Shown: positions 18,933 through 27,937 of the stretch, piece by piece | Layout of the letters: every line of letters starts with the position of its first letter | How positions within the stretch are numbered: position 1 is the first letter of the stretch | Origin: an uncultured Acidobacteriaceae bacterium | GTDB taxonomy: Bacteria; Acidobacteriota; Terriglobia; Terriglobales; Acidobacteriaceae | DNA length: 64,000 bases | Assembly (NCBI GenBank): GCA_963784085.1 | Contig: CAWAQH010000006.1 | Span: forward strand, 77,620 to 141,619 | Direction of reading: 5' to 3' | The notes under the pieces: generated by a model | Database searches by the model: none | Seen by the model: the letters and a program-made list of their open reading frames with translations, nothing else | What the model was told of the DNA's origin: nothing | Program-made: the position numbers and the translations under genes

Positions 18933-20216
18933 TTACGGCTTGCTCGCTTCTGTTTTCCAGAAATCTATACCCGCCGCCTGCGGCGGAACATCGACGGTGG
19001 CGACAGTCTTCAAACTTTGCAAATCGATCACTTCGACCGTGCCGGGTTCGGACCCGACTCCCTCGACCGAAATAAATGCGTAATGATCGTCGGGAGTCAC
19101 GACGGCCCCGTGCACGACCTTTCTCCTGGTTGGAATCCTGGCCAGTTCCTTTCCGCTGATGGGGTCGAAAATCGAAACTGATTGACCACGCTTGTTGGTG
19201 GCGATCAAACGACCGTCTTTGGCCATGGCCAGATTGTAGACACCGTTCCCGGCCGGGAAGCGGCGGGCGAGAGTCCACATGGCGGTGTTGATGGCGACGA
19301 TGTCGTTGGACTGATTGCAGGCCACGTAAATGGTCGAACCGTCATTCGAGGGCTGCGCCCAGGTGGGCGTGCAAACCGGTTTGTGCTCCATGGCATTGTG
19401 GCCGCCCATGTCGGCATCGGACATCTTCCCGTCAGCCATTTTCGAGCCAGGCGTTTTTCCGTCAGAGACGGTTTGCGGGAAAGGAGCGCCGGTTATACCC
19501 ATTTCTTTGCCCGGGGCCAGCATAAAGTAACGGTCCACGGCGAACTTTCTGGTGTCAATCTCGACCATCATGTCGTCCATCATGCAGGCCGAGTAGTGTT
19601 TGGTTCCGGCATGGTTGAGGCGCGAGCCGTGGGGCATGGTGCAGGTGGTGATGCGCTTGACTTCGATCATCTGATCGGTGGCGACGACCGAAATCGACGA
19701 TGGAACCATATCGCCATGAAAATTGGCGTTGGCGACGTAGACGAAGCTGCCGTCGGGAGAAATATCCGTAGTGGCGGGGAATAATCCCAGGCTGGTGTAT
19801 TTGATCACCGAGTTGGTGCCGGCCTGGAGTTTCCAAAGCGATCCGTCAGGGCGGCCATGACCCAGGGCCACGTAGAAATATTGTTTATCGGGAGAGACAG
19901 CGACGCCGTGCGGGCCGTTGACATCCGTGGGCATGAGGCCGATGCGGCTTTGGTTTTCGATGCGAGCGCCGCCGGGGCCAAAGCGAATCAGCACGACTTT
20001 GTCGGCAGCTTCGCACACTACGTAGACCAGGTAATCCTTATTGGGACCTGGGGTGGGAGCTGGGGTGGGAGTTGCGGCCGGGGTTTGGGCCACACCGTTG
20101 CAGGCGAGGGCAACCAATGCGAGCAGACACAGAGAGAAGGTAAACGCGCGCGACCGAAACGGGGAGAGCGGGTTGGATTGGTGAGACAGGCATACCACCC
20201 TATTTGCTGGCTTCAA
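18933..20216 (-). CDS. YncE/YVTN-type beta-propeller repeat protein with a Met/His-rich insert, secreted
   Basis: 427 aa. N-terminal hydrophobic signal plus TP-rich linker. Repeats GPHGVAVSPDKQYFYVA, DISPDGSFVYVAN, VVTPDDHYAFISV. The insert is MADGKMSDADMGGHNAMEH. Confidence 0.75.
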   Translation of the reverse strand: MKPANRVVCLSHQSNPLSPFRSRAFTFSLCLLALVALACNGVAQTPAATPTPAPTPGPNKDYLVYVVCEAADKVVLIRFGPGGARIENQSRIGLMPTDVNGPHGVAVSPDKQYFYVALGHGRPDGSLWKLQAGTNSVIKYTSLGLFPATTDISPDGSFVYVANANFHGDMVPSSISVVATDQMIEVKRITTCTMPHGSRLNHAGTKHYSACMMDDMMVEIDTRKFAVDRYFMLAPGKEMGITGAPFPQTVSDGKTPGSKMADGKMSDADMGGHNAMEHKPVCTPTWAQPSNDGSTIYVACNQSNDIVAINTAMWTLARRFPAGNGVYNLAMAKDGRLIATNKRGQSVSIFDPISGKELARIPTRRKVVHGAVVTPDDHYAFISVEGVGSEPGTVEVIDLQSLKTVATVDVPPQAAGIDFWKTEASKP

Positions 20217-20376
20217 CTGCTTTCCCCTTGGCTAGCTGGAGCAACTGTCTCGTCGCGTCGGAGTAATGCGATAGCTGGAGAAGTATATCCAAACCATTGA
20301 TGGCGCACCAGTGCGGGATGAGTGGTTGCAGTTTGGCATGCGCGACAGGGCGTCGCACGGATGAAAAAGAAAAACA

Positions 20377-20453
20377 TTGGTCGGGGCGCGCGGATTTGAA
20401 CCGCGGACCCCCTGCGCCCAAGGCAGGTGCGCTACCAGGCTGCGCTACGCCCC
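20377..20453 (-). tRNA. tRNA-Pro (anticodon TGG), CCA encoded
   Basis: Reverse complement CGGGGCGTAGCGCAGCCTGGTAGCGCACCTGCCTTGGGCGCAGGGGGTCCGCGGTTCAAATCCGCGCGCCCCGACCA folds as a cloverleaf (7/4/5/5 stems). Anticodon loop CTTGGGC. Confidence 0.93.
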
Positions 20454-20552
20454 GACTTTATCAAGACAAGTTGTGAATCAACGACTGCACCATTATAGAC
20501 GACGGAACGCGCTATAATTTTTAGCTGGTATGCAGAGCCTGCGGTATGCGTA

Positions 20553-21074
20553 GTGGCGTACGTGAAGGGTCCGGTGGGAGGGTTCGTCGAGAACCTCCGG
20601 CGGGAGCTGCATCCCGACTTGCCGCATCTGGCGGCCCATATCACGCTGCTGCCGCCGCGTCCGCTGCAGGGAACAGAGAGCGCGGCATTGCAGATGCTGG
20701 CGCGGGTTTGTGGCCAGACCGAGCCTTTGGAAGTGACCCTGGGCGAGATGGAATCGTTCGTCCCCACCACATTCACGGTTTACATTTCGGTGCTGCATGG
20801 CGCTGCGCGTCTTGAGGAGTTGCACGCCCGGCTCAATATGGATGCGCTGGCTTTTGCCGAAGAGTGGCCCTATGTGCCGCACCTGACCATCGGGACCATG
20901 ACCACGGGAGCATCAGCGGAACAGGCTTTGCGAATTTCCCGCGACCGCTGGCGGCAGTTTGCCGGAAGCCGCCGTCTTCTGCTCGACCGGCTCACATTTG
21001 TGCGTGAAGACGCGCCCAACCTCTGGGTGGACCTAGCCCCGGTGCCGCTCGGCGGGAGTTTGGTTTCCCACTAG
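20553..21074 (+). CDS. 2'-5' RNA ligase / 2H phosphoesterase family protein (LigT-like)
   Basis: 173 aa, GTG start. Two HxT motifs (AAHITLLPP and VPHLTIGT). Confidence 0.75.
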   Translation: MAYVKGPVGGFVENLRRELHPDLPHLAAHITLLPPRPLQGTESAALQMLARVCGQTEPLEVTLGEMESFVPTTFTVYISVLHGAARLEELHARLNMDALAFAEEWPYVPHLTIGTMTTGASAEQALRISRDRWRQFAGSRRLLLDRLTFVREDAPNLWVDLAPVPLGGSLVSH

Positions 21075-21272
21075 AGATATTCGCCATTTGAAAACACGCC
21101 GGTACTCCGGCAGCAGGTTACTCCATCCTGCCGTGCATGGCCCCTGGTACATTTCCCTCCCGTGCGTTGCGCAGCCCGCTTGAGGGCTGTAAACAGAAGA
21201 GTAAGGATTCGACTGAAGCCAGCGCCGGAAGCCGCTTGGGGCGTGGATTTTCAGACCTGCCGGAGGGCACGC

Positions 21273-22541
21273 ATGCAGATCGGGGTCTACGGTTCGGGGT
21301 ATCTGGGAACGGTGATTTCGGCTTGTCTGGCGGATTTTGGCACTCCCGTTACCTGTTGTCATCCCGACCGCACGCGCATGGTCGAAATGGCGCAGGGCAA
21401 CATTCCATTTTTTGAGAAGAACCTGAAAGAGATCATCCGGCGCAACGTGCGGGCAGGACGGCTCGCCTATTCCACCGACATCGAATCTTTCGCGCGGAAG
21501 ACACAGGTCGTTTTCCTGGCGGAAGATGGAGCCGACAACCTGGCCGACGTGGCGTTGCGGATCGCGCGGTTGGCGCCTAAGCCTCCGATACTGACCATCG
21601 TGACGCCGGTATCGGTGGGCACGGCCATCGCGCTCGAGAAATCGCTGAAGGATGCGGGCCTGCACGGCACGATCGTCTCGCAGCCCATGTTTTTTACCGA
21701 CGGTTGCGCGGTCGAAGACTTTAACTGGCCCGACCGGCTGATTCTGGGATCGAGTTCGAACGAAGCGGTGCAGATACTGAAACAGATTTTCCATCCCCTG
21801 GTGATGCGGGGAGTGCCGGTGATTGTGACCAATCCGTCGACGGCGGAACTGGTGCGGGAATCGGCGACGGCGTTTGTGGCGACGAAGATTTCCTTTATCA
21901 ACGAAGTTGCGGCGTTGTGCGAGCGCGTGGGCGCCGACGCGGTGAGCCTGGCGCTGGCCCTCGGCCTCGACAAGAAAATTGCTCCGCGGTGTTTGCAGCC
22001 GGGAGCGGGCATGGGCGGCGTGTTCGCAGAGTCGGACCTGGATTCGCTGGCAGAGTTGGCACGGGCCAATGGCATTCCACTGAAGGTGCTGGGCGCGGCG
22101 AGGGATGTGAACCTTACGCTGGCTGATCGTCTCGTCGATAAGATCGCCCTGGCACTTAATTCGGTGGAGAACAAAGACGTGGGAATTCTCGGGCTGGCGT
22201 TCAAGCCGAATACGAATTCGGTGGCGGGCTCGTCCGCGGTGCGTCTGGCCGAAACGCTGGTGGCCAAAGGCGCGCGGGTGCGGGCTTACGATCCGGTTGC
22301 AACCTCGGAGGCCAAGGTCCGGCTCGATGGTTCGGTTCGCTATTGCGAATCGGCCTACGCCGCGGCAGAGGGTATGGATGCACTGGTTGTGGGCACGGCC
22401 TGGCCAGAGTTCCGCGCGCTCGATTTCGACCGCATCAAGCGCCTGCTCAAAAAGCCTGTCATCGTGGATACCAAGAACCTGCTGGATTCGGTGCGGCTGC
22501 GCGCTATGGGATTTGAGTACGTCGGCGTGGGGCGGGGATAG
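21273..22541 (+). CDS. UDP-glucose/GDP-mannose dehydrogenase family protein with substituted catalytic residues
   Basis: From ATG 21273: MQIGVYGSGYLGTV (Rossmann), ATKISFINEVAALCE, LGLAFKPNTNSVAGS. Where the family has GFGGxCxPKD this protein has GMGGVFAESD. Confidence 0.8.
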   Translation: MQIGVYGSGYLGTVISACLADFGTPVTCCHPDRTRMVEMAQGNIPFFEKNLKEIIRRNVRAGRLAYSTDIESFARKTQVVFLAEDGADNLADVALRIARLAPKPPILTIVTPVSVGTAIALEKSLKDAGLHGTIVSQPMFFTDGCAVEDFNWPDRLILGSSSNEAVQILKQIFHPLVMRGVPVIVTNPSTAELVRESATAFVATKISFINEVAALCERVGADAVSLALALGLDKKIAPRCLQPGAGMGGVFAESDLDSLAELARANGIPLKVLGAARDVNLTLADRLVDKIALALNSVENKDVGILGLAFKPNTNSVAGSSAVRLAETLVAKGARVRAYDPVATSEAKVRLDGSVRYCESAYAAAEGMDALVVGTAWPEFRALDFDRIKRLLKKPVIVDTKNLLDSVRLRAMGFEYVGVGRG

Positions 22542-22543
22542 AG

Positions 22544-22571
22544 TCAGGGGGCTAGGGGTCAGGGCCAGGGG
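22544..22571. repeat. Short heptamer array just after the UGDH-like stop
   Basis: TCAGGGG GCTAGGG GTCAGGG CCAGGGG, read directly. Confidence 0.55.
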
Positions 22572-22871
22572 TCTGTAAAAGGCGGCGCCTGAAGGCTTCC
22601 TCAAGAAGGTCACTACATCGCACGTTTCAAGGCATGCCCTGATACGAATCTTGTGAACGAACATGTGAGCGAAAATCTCGTCACTTCCGCGCCGCAAGCT
22701 GGGCACCTGCCACTGTCAAGCCGCATTTCCGATACGGTCTCTGGGATTCTCGACAGTTTTTCTTTTGTGTTCTTCTGCCTGTCATTTTCCAGCCTTACCC
22801 ACCTGCTGAGTTCCCTGGTGCACCCGTTTCTTACCTGAGGAGTGATCCGATACGCCGGTCCTCGACGGTTG

Positions 22872-22877
22872 TATAAT
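22872..22877 (+). promoter_or_regulatory. Consensus -10 box TATAAT about 10 nt upstream of tRNA-His
   Basis: GTTGTATAATCACTTTGGC precedes the mature tRNA 5' end at 22887. I found no good -35. Confidence 0.35.
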
Positions 22878-22886
22878 CACTTTGGC

Positions 22887-22963
22887 GGTGGGAATAGCTC
22901 AACTGGCAGAGCACCGGACTGTGGCTCCGACGGTTGCGGGTTCGATTCCCGTTTCCCACCCCA
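22887..22963 (+). tRNA. tRNA-His (anticodon GTG) with the extra 5' G(-1), CCA encoded
   Basis: GGTGGGAATAGCTCAACTGGCAGAGCACCGGACTGTGGCTCCGACGGTTGCGGGTTCGATTCCCGTTTCCCACCCCA. Loop CTGTGGC. G-1:C73 is typical of tRNA-His. Confidence 0.92.
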
Positions 22964-23148
22964 GATTTTCCTTTTGATGGTTGTGCCTACACTCGCCGGT
23001 TTCTTCCCAAGGTTCGAAAGATTAGGTTAGAAAGATTCAATCGCAGGTAGTGTTGTTGCTGCCGAATCCGCTGATCGAGTCAGCTCGGGAATCCCCTAGT
23101 GTATTGCCGGGGCGCGCGGTAGAATATCGCTTTCAGCCATAACCGCTT

Positions 23149-23604
23149 ATGAACCGCATCTTTCATCCATTTCGCAGCGCTGCGCGGGAGCTCGGCCCGC
23201 TGGAGCAACGGATGCTTGACGGGCTGTGGGCACGGGGCAGCGCGACCGTCCGGGAATTGGTGGAGGGCGGCTGCGACGACCTGGCCTACACGACGGTGAT
23301 GACCACGCTTGACCGGCTGTTCAAAAAAGGCGTGCTGACGCGGTCAGAGGAAGGGCGGGCGTTCCGCTATGCGCCCCGGTGCAGCCGGGAAGAGTTGCAG
23401 CGCGAGGCGGCGGGACAGGCGTTGCGGCAGTTGTTGGATGCCAGTCCGGCGTCTACCTTGCCGCTATCGTTTCTGGTGGAGATTCTGGGCGAGCGCGACG
23501 CGCAACTGCTCGACGATTTGCGCGAACTGGTGGAACGCAAGCGCCGCGAATTGAGCCAGCGAGAAGCCGACTTGCAGCAACCCGCGCGCAAGGAGAAAAG
23601 ATAA
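23149..23604 (+). CDS. BlaI/MecI/CopY family transcriptional repressor
   Basis: 151 aa. Winged-helix N-domain LGPLEQRMLDGLWARGSATVRELVE...YTTVMTTLDRLFKKGVLTR. Its stop overlaps the next ATG (TAATG). Confidence 0.85.
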   Translation: MNRIFHPFRSAARELGPLEQRMLDGLWARGSATVRELVEGGCDDLAYTTVMTTLDRLFKKGVLTRSEEGRAFRYAPRCSREELQREAAGQALRQLLDASPASTLPLSFLVEILGERDAQLLDDLRELVERKRRELSQREADLQQPARKEKR

Positions 23605-24569
23605 TGTTCGCGCTGCGCGGGCTCGCCATTGCTTTCTCAATTTTTGCCTTGTTCTACGTTGGGCTTTCTGTGGCGGTTTGCTGTGTGTGGCGCCAGGTGT
23701 GGGTGCGCGCCCAGCGGTCTTCGGCGAGACGCTCGGCAGATTTCCTCTTCGCCTTTCGCCTGATTCCGTTCGTGGCCGCAATGGGGGTCACGCTTGCCGT
23801 GGCGGTACCCTCGTTTCTATTGCTGGAACCACGCGCGGTGGATGAACCCTTCGGCACCGTGCCCGTGCTGCTGGGCCTGTGCGGTATGGCCGTGCTGCTG
23901 GCGGGAATGTGGCAGGCCGCAACGGCGTTGGTGCGGGCTTCGCAAACGGTTGCGCGCTGGTCGCGCGAAGCACCGGCGGCCGAGCCCGGCCAATTCGGGT
24001 GCGGTGATTTGGTTGTTGTGCAGCGGTTTTCGGGAGCGGTGCCACCGCTGACTGCGGCCGGCATCCTGCGCCCCAGAGTGTGGTTATCGCGGGCGGCGGA
24101 ATTTGTGCTGAGCGAGCGGGAATTGCAGTGCGCGCTGCGGCACGAAGTTGCGCACATAGGCCGTCGCGACAATTTGAGAAAACTGATTCTGCGTTTCGTG
24201 GCATTTCCCGGAATGACCGGCCTCGAATGCGCGTGGCGCGAAGCGGGTGAAATGGCCGCTGACGATGCCTCGGTTTCGAGCGCCTTAGAGGCCCTGGATC
24301 TGGCGGCGGCGGTGATCAAGTTGTCGCGCCTGGTTCCTCTGCAGCCGCCGGCGGAGCTGACTACTGCATTGGTGAACAGCCCGGCTGAGTCTTTGCATGC
24401 CCGCGTGGAGAGATTGCTGGCGTGGACGGAACGGCGTCCGACGGCCGCTCCAAAGTATTCATGGGGATATGCGCTGTGCGCCGCGATCGCGGTCGCGGGC
24501 GCTTTGGCCGTGACCTACAGCCAATTGCTGGTGCAGGTACATGCCGCGACCGAGTGGCTGGTGCGGTAG
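23604..24569 (+). CDS. M56 family (BlaR1-like) membrane metalloprotease without a penicillin-binding sensor domain
   Basis: From ATG 23604: four predicted TM segments. HExxH as LRHEVAHIGRRD. About 321 aa, so there is no room for a C-terminal transpeptidase-like sensor. Confidence 0.8.
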   Translation: MFALRGLAIAFSIFALFYVGLSVAVCCVWRQVWVRAQRSSARRSADFLFAFRLIPFVAAMGVTLAVAVPSFLLLEPRAVDEPFGTVPVLLGLCGMAVLLAGMWQAATALVRASQTVARWSREAPAAEPGQFGCGDLVVVQRFSGAVPPLTAAGILRPRVWLSRAAEFVLSERELQCALRHEVAHIGRRDNLRKLILRFVAFPGMTGLECAWREAGEMAADDASVSSALEALDLAAAVIKLSRLVPLQPPAELTTALVNSPAESLHARVERLLAWTERRPTAAPKYSWGYALCAAIAVAGALAVTYSQLLVQVHAATEWLVR

Positions 24570-24694
24570 CGGGCTGATCTTAGACTGGGAGGCCCGCATG
24601 ATGGGGAACTTTGCGCGGCCCTGAGGCGCCGAGTTTCCAGCTTCAACTTTCCAGGCTTCCACCTCTCATCCTTACTCTGGCTCTTAAATTCTCC

Positions 24695-27600
24695 CTAGAA
24701 AGTCACGCGCACGCCGAGCTGCGCGGCGAACGGAATTCCGACCGTAGTGCCGGGGCCGAAGAAATCTCCCAGCGCGCCTTCAGGAATCTCAAGTTGTTTG
24801 AGGCTGGTGATGGGCGTGGTCTGACTGCAACTGGCATTGGTGCAGATACTGGTGACATTGGTGATGCCGTTTGCATTGGGCAGCATCTGGGCCGCGGGTA
24901 CGGGAAGCTGGGCCACGTTGACGGCGAAGTTTGCGCCGGGATTGTTGCGGTTGAAGATGTTGAAGAACTCGGCGAAGGGCAGAACCTCCCAGCGATCGTG
25001 GATCTTGAAGGGACGCGTGACGCGGAGATCCGACTGAATATAAGGCGTGCCGCGGAATTGGTCGAGGCTGGTGTAGGCTCCGTTCACGTAAATGCGTCCG
25101 GCATTGGCCTCGTCGGTGATGGTGATGGGGCGCGCGCTCTCGACCTGCGTGATAGTGCTCAATTCAAAACCACCGGGGAGGTGCAGCGTGCCGGCGAGCA
25201 CAAAGCGATCGGTAACGTCTTCTCCGGACGGGCCATAGTCGCCGGGTCCGAAAGCGTCGAGCAATCCGGTGTTGGGATTTCTGCAGACGCCATCGACGTA
25301 GTCAAAGAGTTCGCCGAGCAGGCATCCCCAGGTCTTTGCCTTCGAGAGGGTGTAGTTTGCTACTACGCTGAATCGGCGCGCGTTGGTCTGCAGGTGCAGC
25401 ATCAGGGCGTTGTAGCTGGAGCGGTTGTCGGACTCGAATACGTTGACGTTCGGAACAAGAGCGGTCTGATCGGCGATGTCGGACGCCGGAATTAGCGGGG
25501 ACGTGATGGTAGGCGGCAAGTTAGGAGTGGCAGGATTGATGCCGCTGGCATAGGGGAAGGCGCGGTAGCCGTGGTTGCCTTGCTCGTGAATGTAATCCGC
25601 GCTGACCAACCAGTGCTGGTTGAACGCGTGCTGCACGCCGCCTGTTACGTGGATCGAATAAGGCGTTTTGTAGTTGGAGCCGATGAGGTTGCCGGTGGCG
25701 CCGCTGCCACCTTGCAAACAGCCGGCACCGGTCAAGGCATAACTTCCAGGGCTTCCGCTGAAAGTACACGGGCCGGTCGCATAGCTGGAGTTGTTGATGC
25801 TCTGAAACGCGGTGGCCCAGCCATTCTGCGCCAAGTCGTCATAGAACATGCCGAAGCCTCCGCGAAATACGGTGTTCGCGCTGCTGCCGGGCGAATATGC
25901 GAAGCCCAGACGGGGGGCGAACTGCTTGCGGTAATCGGTCGGTACGGTGGGCGCAATTGGAATATCTAACGCTTGCAGGGTGAGATAGGCGGGGTTCTGC
26001 AGCTGAGTTCGGCCCTCGCCCGTGAATAGGCCAAAGGTGGTCTGATAGCGCAGGCCGTAGTTGACGGTGAGGTGCTGCGTGATCCGCCATGAATCCTCGG
26101 CGTAGAACGCGAGGCGTTGTACGTTTTGCGAGAAGGTTCCATCGCCGGCCGGAGTGGTTGCCGCTCCTGCCGCATAGTCGATAGGAAATTGGGCGGGGTT
26201 GGCGATGTAGTACGTCGGATTCTGCGGAAAGCTGTAGAGCGTCTCCTGGTTCGAGGCAAATGCGCCGCCGAGCACGGGTTCGTGAATGAAATCGATTCCG
26301 AATCGGATCGCGTGATCTTTTACGACGTGGCTTACATCGTAGCGGACCTGATATTTGTCCTGATTGCGCAGGTCAGGGAAAAGCGCGATGGGCGTGGCGA
26401 ATTGATTGTCGCCGTAGGTTTCAAAGCCGGAGACGGTGAGCGCGGTAACGCTGAAGGGAAATTGCAGCGCGAAACCGAGATCGGAGTTGCGGGTCTGAGT
26501 CAGATGCAGCAGGCTGGCATCGAGCACCAGCGTGCCGAGCCAGGTGGGGCTGAAGATGTAAGTGTTGCTGATGGCGGTGTTCCAGTAGTTGTTGTGCGTG
26601 GTCAGCCCGGTTGAGGGCAGCGTTGCCTGCTGCACCAGCGCGTTGTGCGTGAGATAGCTATCGGACGACGCGCGAAGGAACCACTGCGACTTCGGAGACT
26701 GCGCCCAGTCAAGGCGCAACGAGCTGACGTAGTCGCGGAAGGGGATGGGTACGTTTGGCGGCACGGCGATCGAAGGAACGCCTGGGATGAGACCGTCTGC
26801 GGCCAGTTGCGCCAGGGCATTGAATTGAGCGGCGCTGGCCGGGCTGTAGTTGATGCTGGCATCCTCATGCACGGCCTCGAATGAGGTAAAGAACCACACT
26901 TTGTTTTTGACGACCGGGCCACCGATAGTGGCGACATAGTTCTGGCGCGAGAAGGGCTGCTTGGGGTTGTTCACACAGCCGGTATCGGTGCAAGTCTGCG
27001 CCGGATTCTCGATGGGGAAGCGGGCATTAAGATCGGCCGCGCGCTCGTAGAAGGCGGCGTCTCCATGCCAGTCATTCGTTCCGTGCTTGGTAGTGATCAC
27101 GACCGATCCGGCGGTGGTCCAGCCGGTGTCGGCATCTTCATTCGAGGTGCGCACGGCGAACTCCTGGATTCCATCGGGCGAGAAATTCTGCAGGAAGCCG
27201 CCAATCCAATCGTCGGAGTTATCGGCGCCATCGACGGAAAGTTCGTTGTTCAGGCCGGAGCTTCCTCCGGTGGAGACGGCGGTGATGCGGGCCTTGGTGG
27301 GGTCGGAGGGCTCGACCGGTTCGGTACCCGGCACGAGGTAGGCGATGTTGGCGAAACTGCGCGCCGGCAGCGGAAGTGACTCGAGATCCCGACTGCCGAC
27401 CACTCCTCCGCGCACGGCGCTGGCGGTGTCAATTGTTTCGGTGGTGATGGAGGAAGCGCTCGCCTGCACGTTGACGGTCGCTCTCGCGTTTGCCGGCTTC
27501 AGCGTGACCGTAATATCGCGAACGGTGGTGACCGTGATTACGACATCCGCCTGGGCCGGGGCAAAACCGGCGGCGGTGATGGTGACGCTGTATCTGCCGG

Positions 27601-27829
27601 GCAGCAGGTCGTCAAGACGAAACTCGCCGCGGTCCTCGCTGCTGGCGCGGCGCTCAACCGAGGAGTCGGCCAGTTGGGCAACCACTTTCGCGGTAGTGAT
27701 GCGGGCGCCGGTAGCATCCTGCACTGCGCCGCGAAGCGACCCGCGCGAGTTCTGAGCGTAGAGGCTGGTAGCGAATACGATGGCGAAAAGCGCCAGAGTG
27801 AATGCGATTCGGTGCGAATTTGATTTCAT
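24695..27829 (-). CDS. TonB-dependent receptor-like outer membrane protein with CarboxypepD_reg N-domain
   Basis: 1044 aa. Signal peptide, then SLRGAVQDATGARITTAKVVA...GRYSVTITAAGF. Beta-barrel-type alternating sequence and C-terminal aromatic residue (RVTF). Confidence 0.85.
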   Translation of the reverse strand: MKSNSHRIAFTLALFAIVFATSLYAQNSRGSLRGAVQDATGARITTAKVVAQLADSSVERRASSEDRGEFRLDDLLPGRYSVTITAAGFAPAQADVVITVTTVRDITVTLKPANARATVNVQASASSITTETIDTASAVRGGVVGSRDLESLPLPARSFANIAYLVPGTEPVEPSDPTKARITAVSTGGSSGLNNELSVDGADNSDDWIGGFLQNFSPDGIQEFAVRTSNEDADTGWTTAGSVVITTKHGTNDWHGDAAFYERAADLNARFPIENPAQTCTDTGCVNNPKQPFSRQNYVATIGGPVVKNKVWFFTSFEAVHEDASINYSPASAAQFNALAQLAADGLIPGVPSIAVPPNVPIPFRDYVSSLRLDWAQSPKSQWFLRASSDSYLTHNALVQQATLPSTGLTTHNNYWNTAISNTYIFSPTWLGTLVLDASLLHLTQTRNSDLGFALQFPFSVTALTVSGFETYGDNQFATPIALFPDLRNQDKYQVRYDVSHVVKDHAIRFGIDFIHEPVLGGAFASNQETLYSFPQNPTYYIANPAQFPIDYAAGAATTPAGDGTFSQNVQRLAFYAEDSWRITQHLTVNYGLRYQTTFGLFTGEGRTQLQNPAYLTLQALDIPIAPTVPTDYRKQFAPRLGFAYSPGSSANTVFRGGFGMFYDDLAQNGWATAFQSINNSSYATGPCTFSGSPGSYALTGAGCLQGGSGATGNLIGSNYKTPYSIHVTGGVQHAFNQHWLVSADYIHEQGNHGYRAFPYASGINPATPNLPPTITSPLIPASDIADQTALVPNVNVFESDNRSSYNALMLHLQTNARRFSVVANYTLSKAKTWGCLLGELFDYVDGVCRNPNTGLLDAFGPGDYGPSGEDVTDRFVLAGTLHLPGGFELSTITQVESARPITITDEANAGRIYVNGAYTSLDQFRGTPYIQSDLRVTRPFKIHDRWEVLPFAEFFNIFNRNNPGANFAVNVAQLPVPAAQMLPNANGITNVTSICTNASCSQTTPITSLKQLEIPEGALGDFFGPGTTVGIPFAAQLGVRVTF

Positions 27830-27937
27830 GTCGGGGTGCGACCGCGTGTGCGAGATTACCCTTGCGGGGAACAGGCAGAGTAGATCGGGGCGCTCGATAC
27901 TACCAGAGGTCGTAGAAACGCATGAGGCGCTGAAGGC

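Noticed and set aside
21033-22706. 557-aa minus-strand ORF, the longest ORF in this region
   Set aside because: It is exactly antisense to the well-supported UGDH-family gene. The sequence is Arg/His/Pro-rich and low in complexity with no recognisable domain. This is a typical high-GC shadow ORF.
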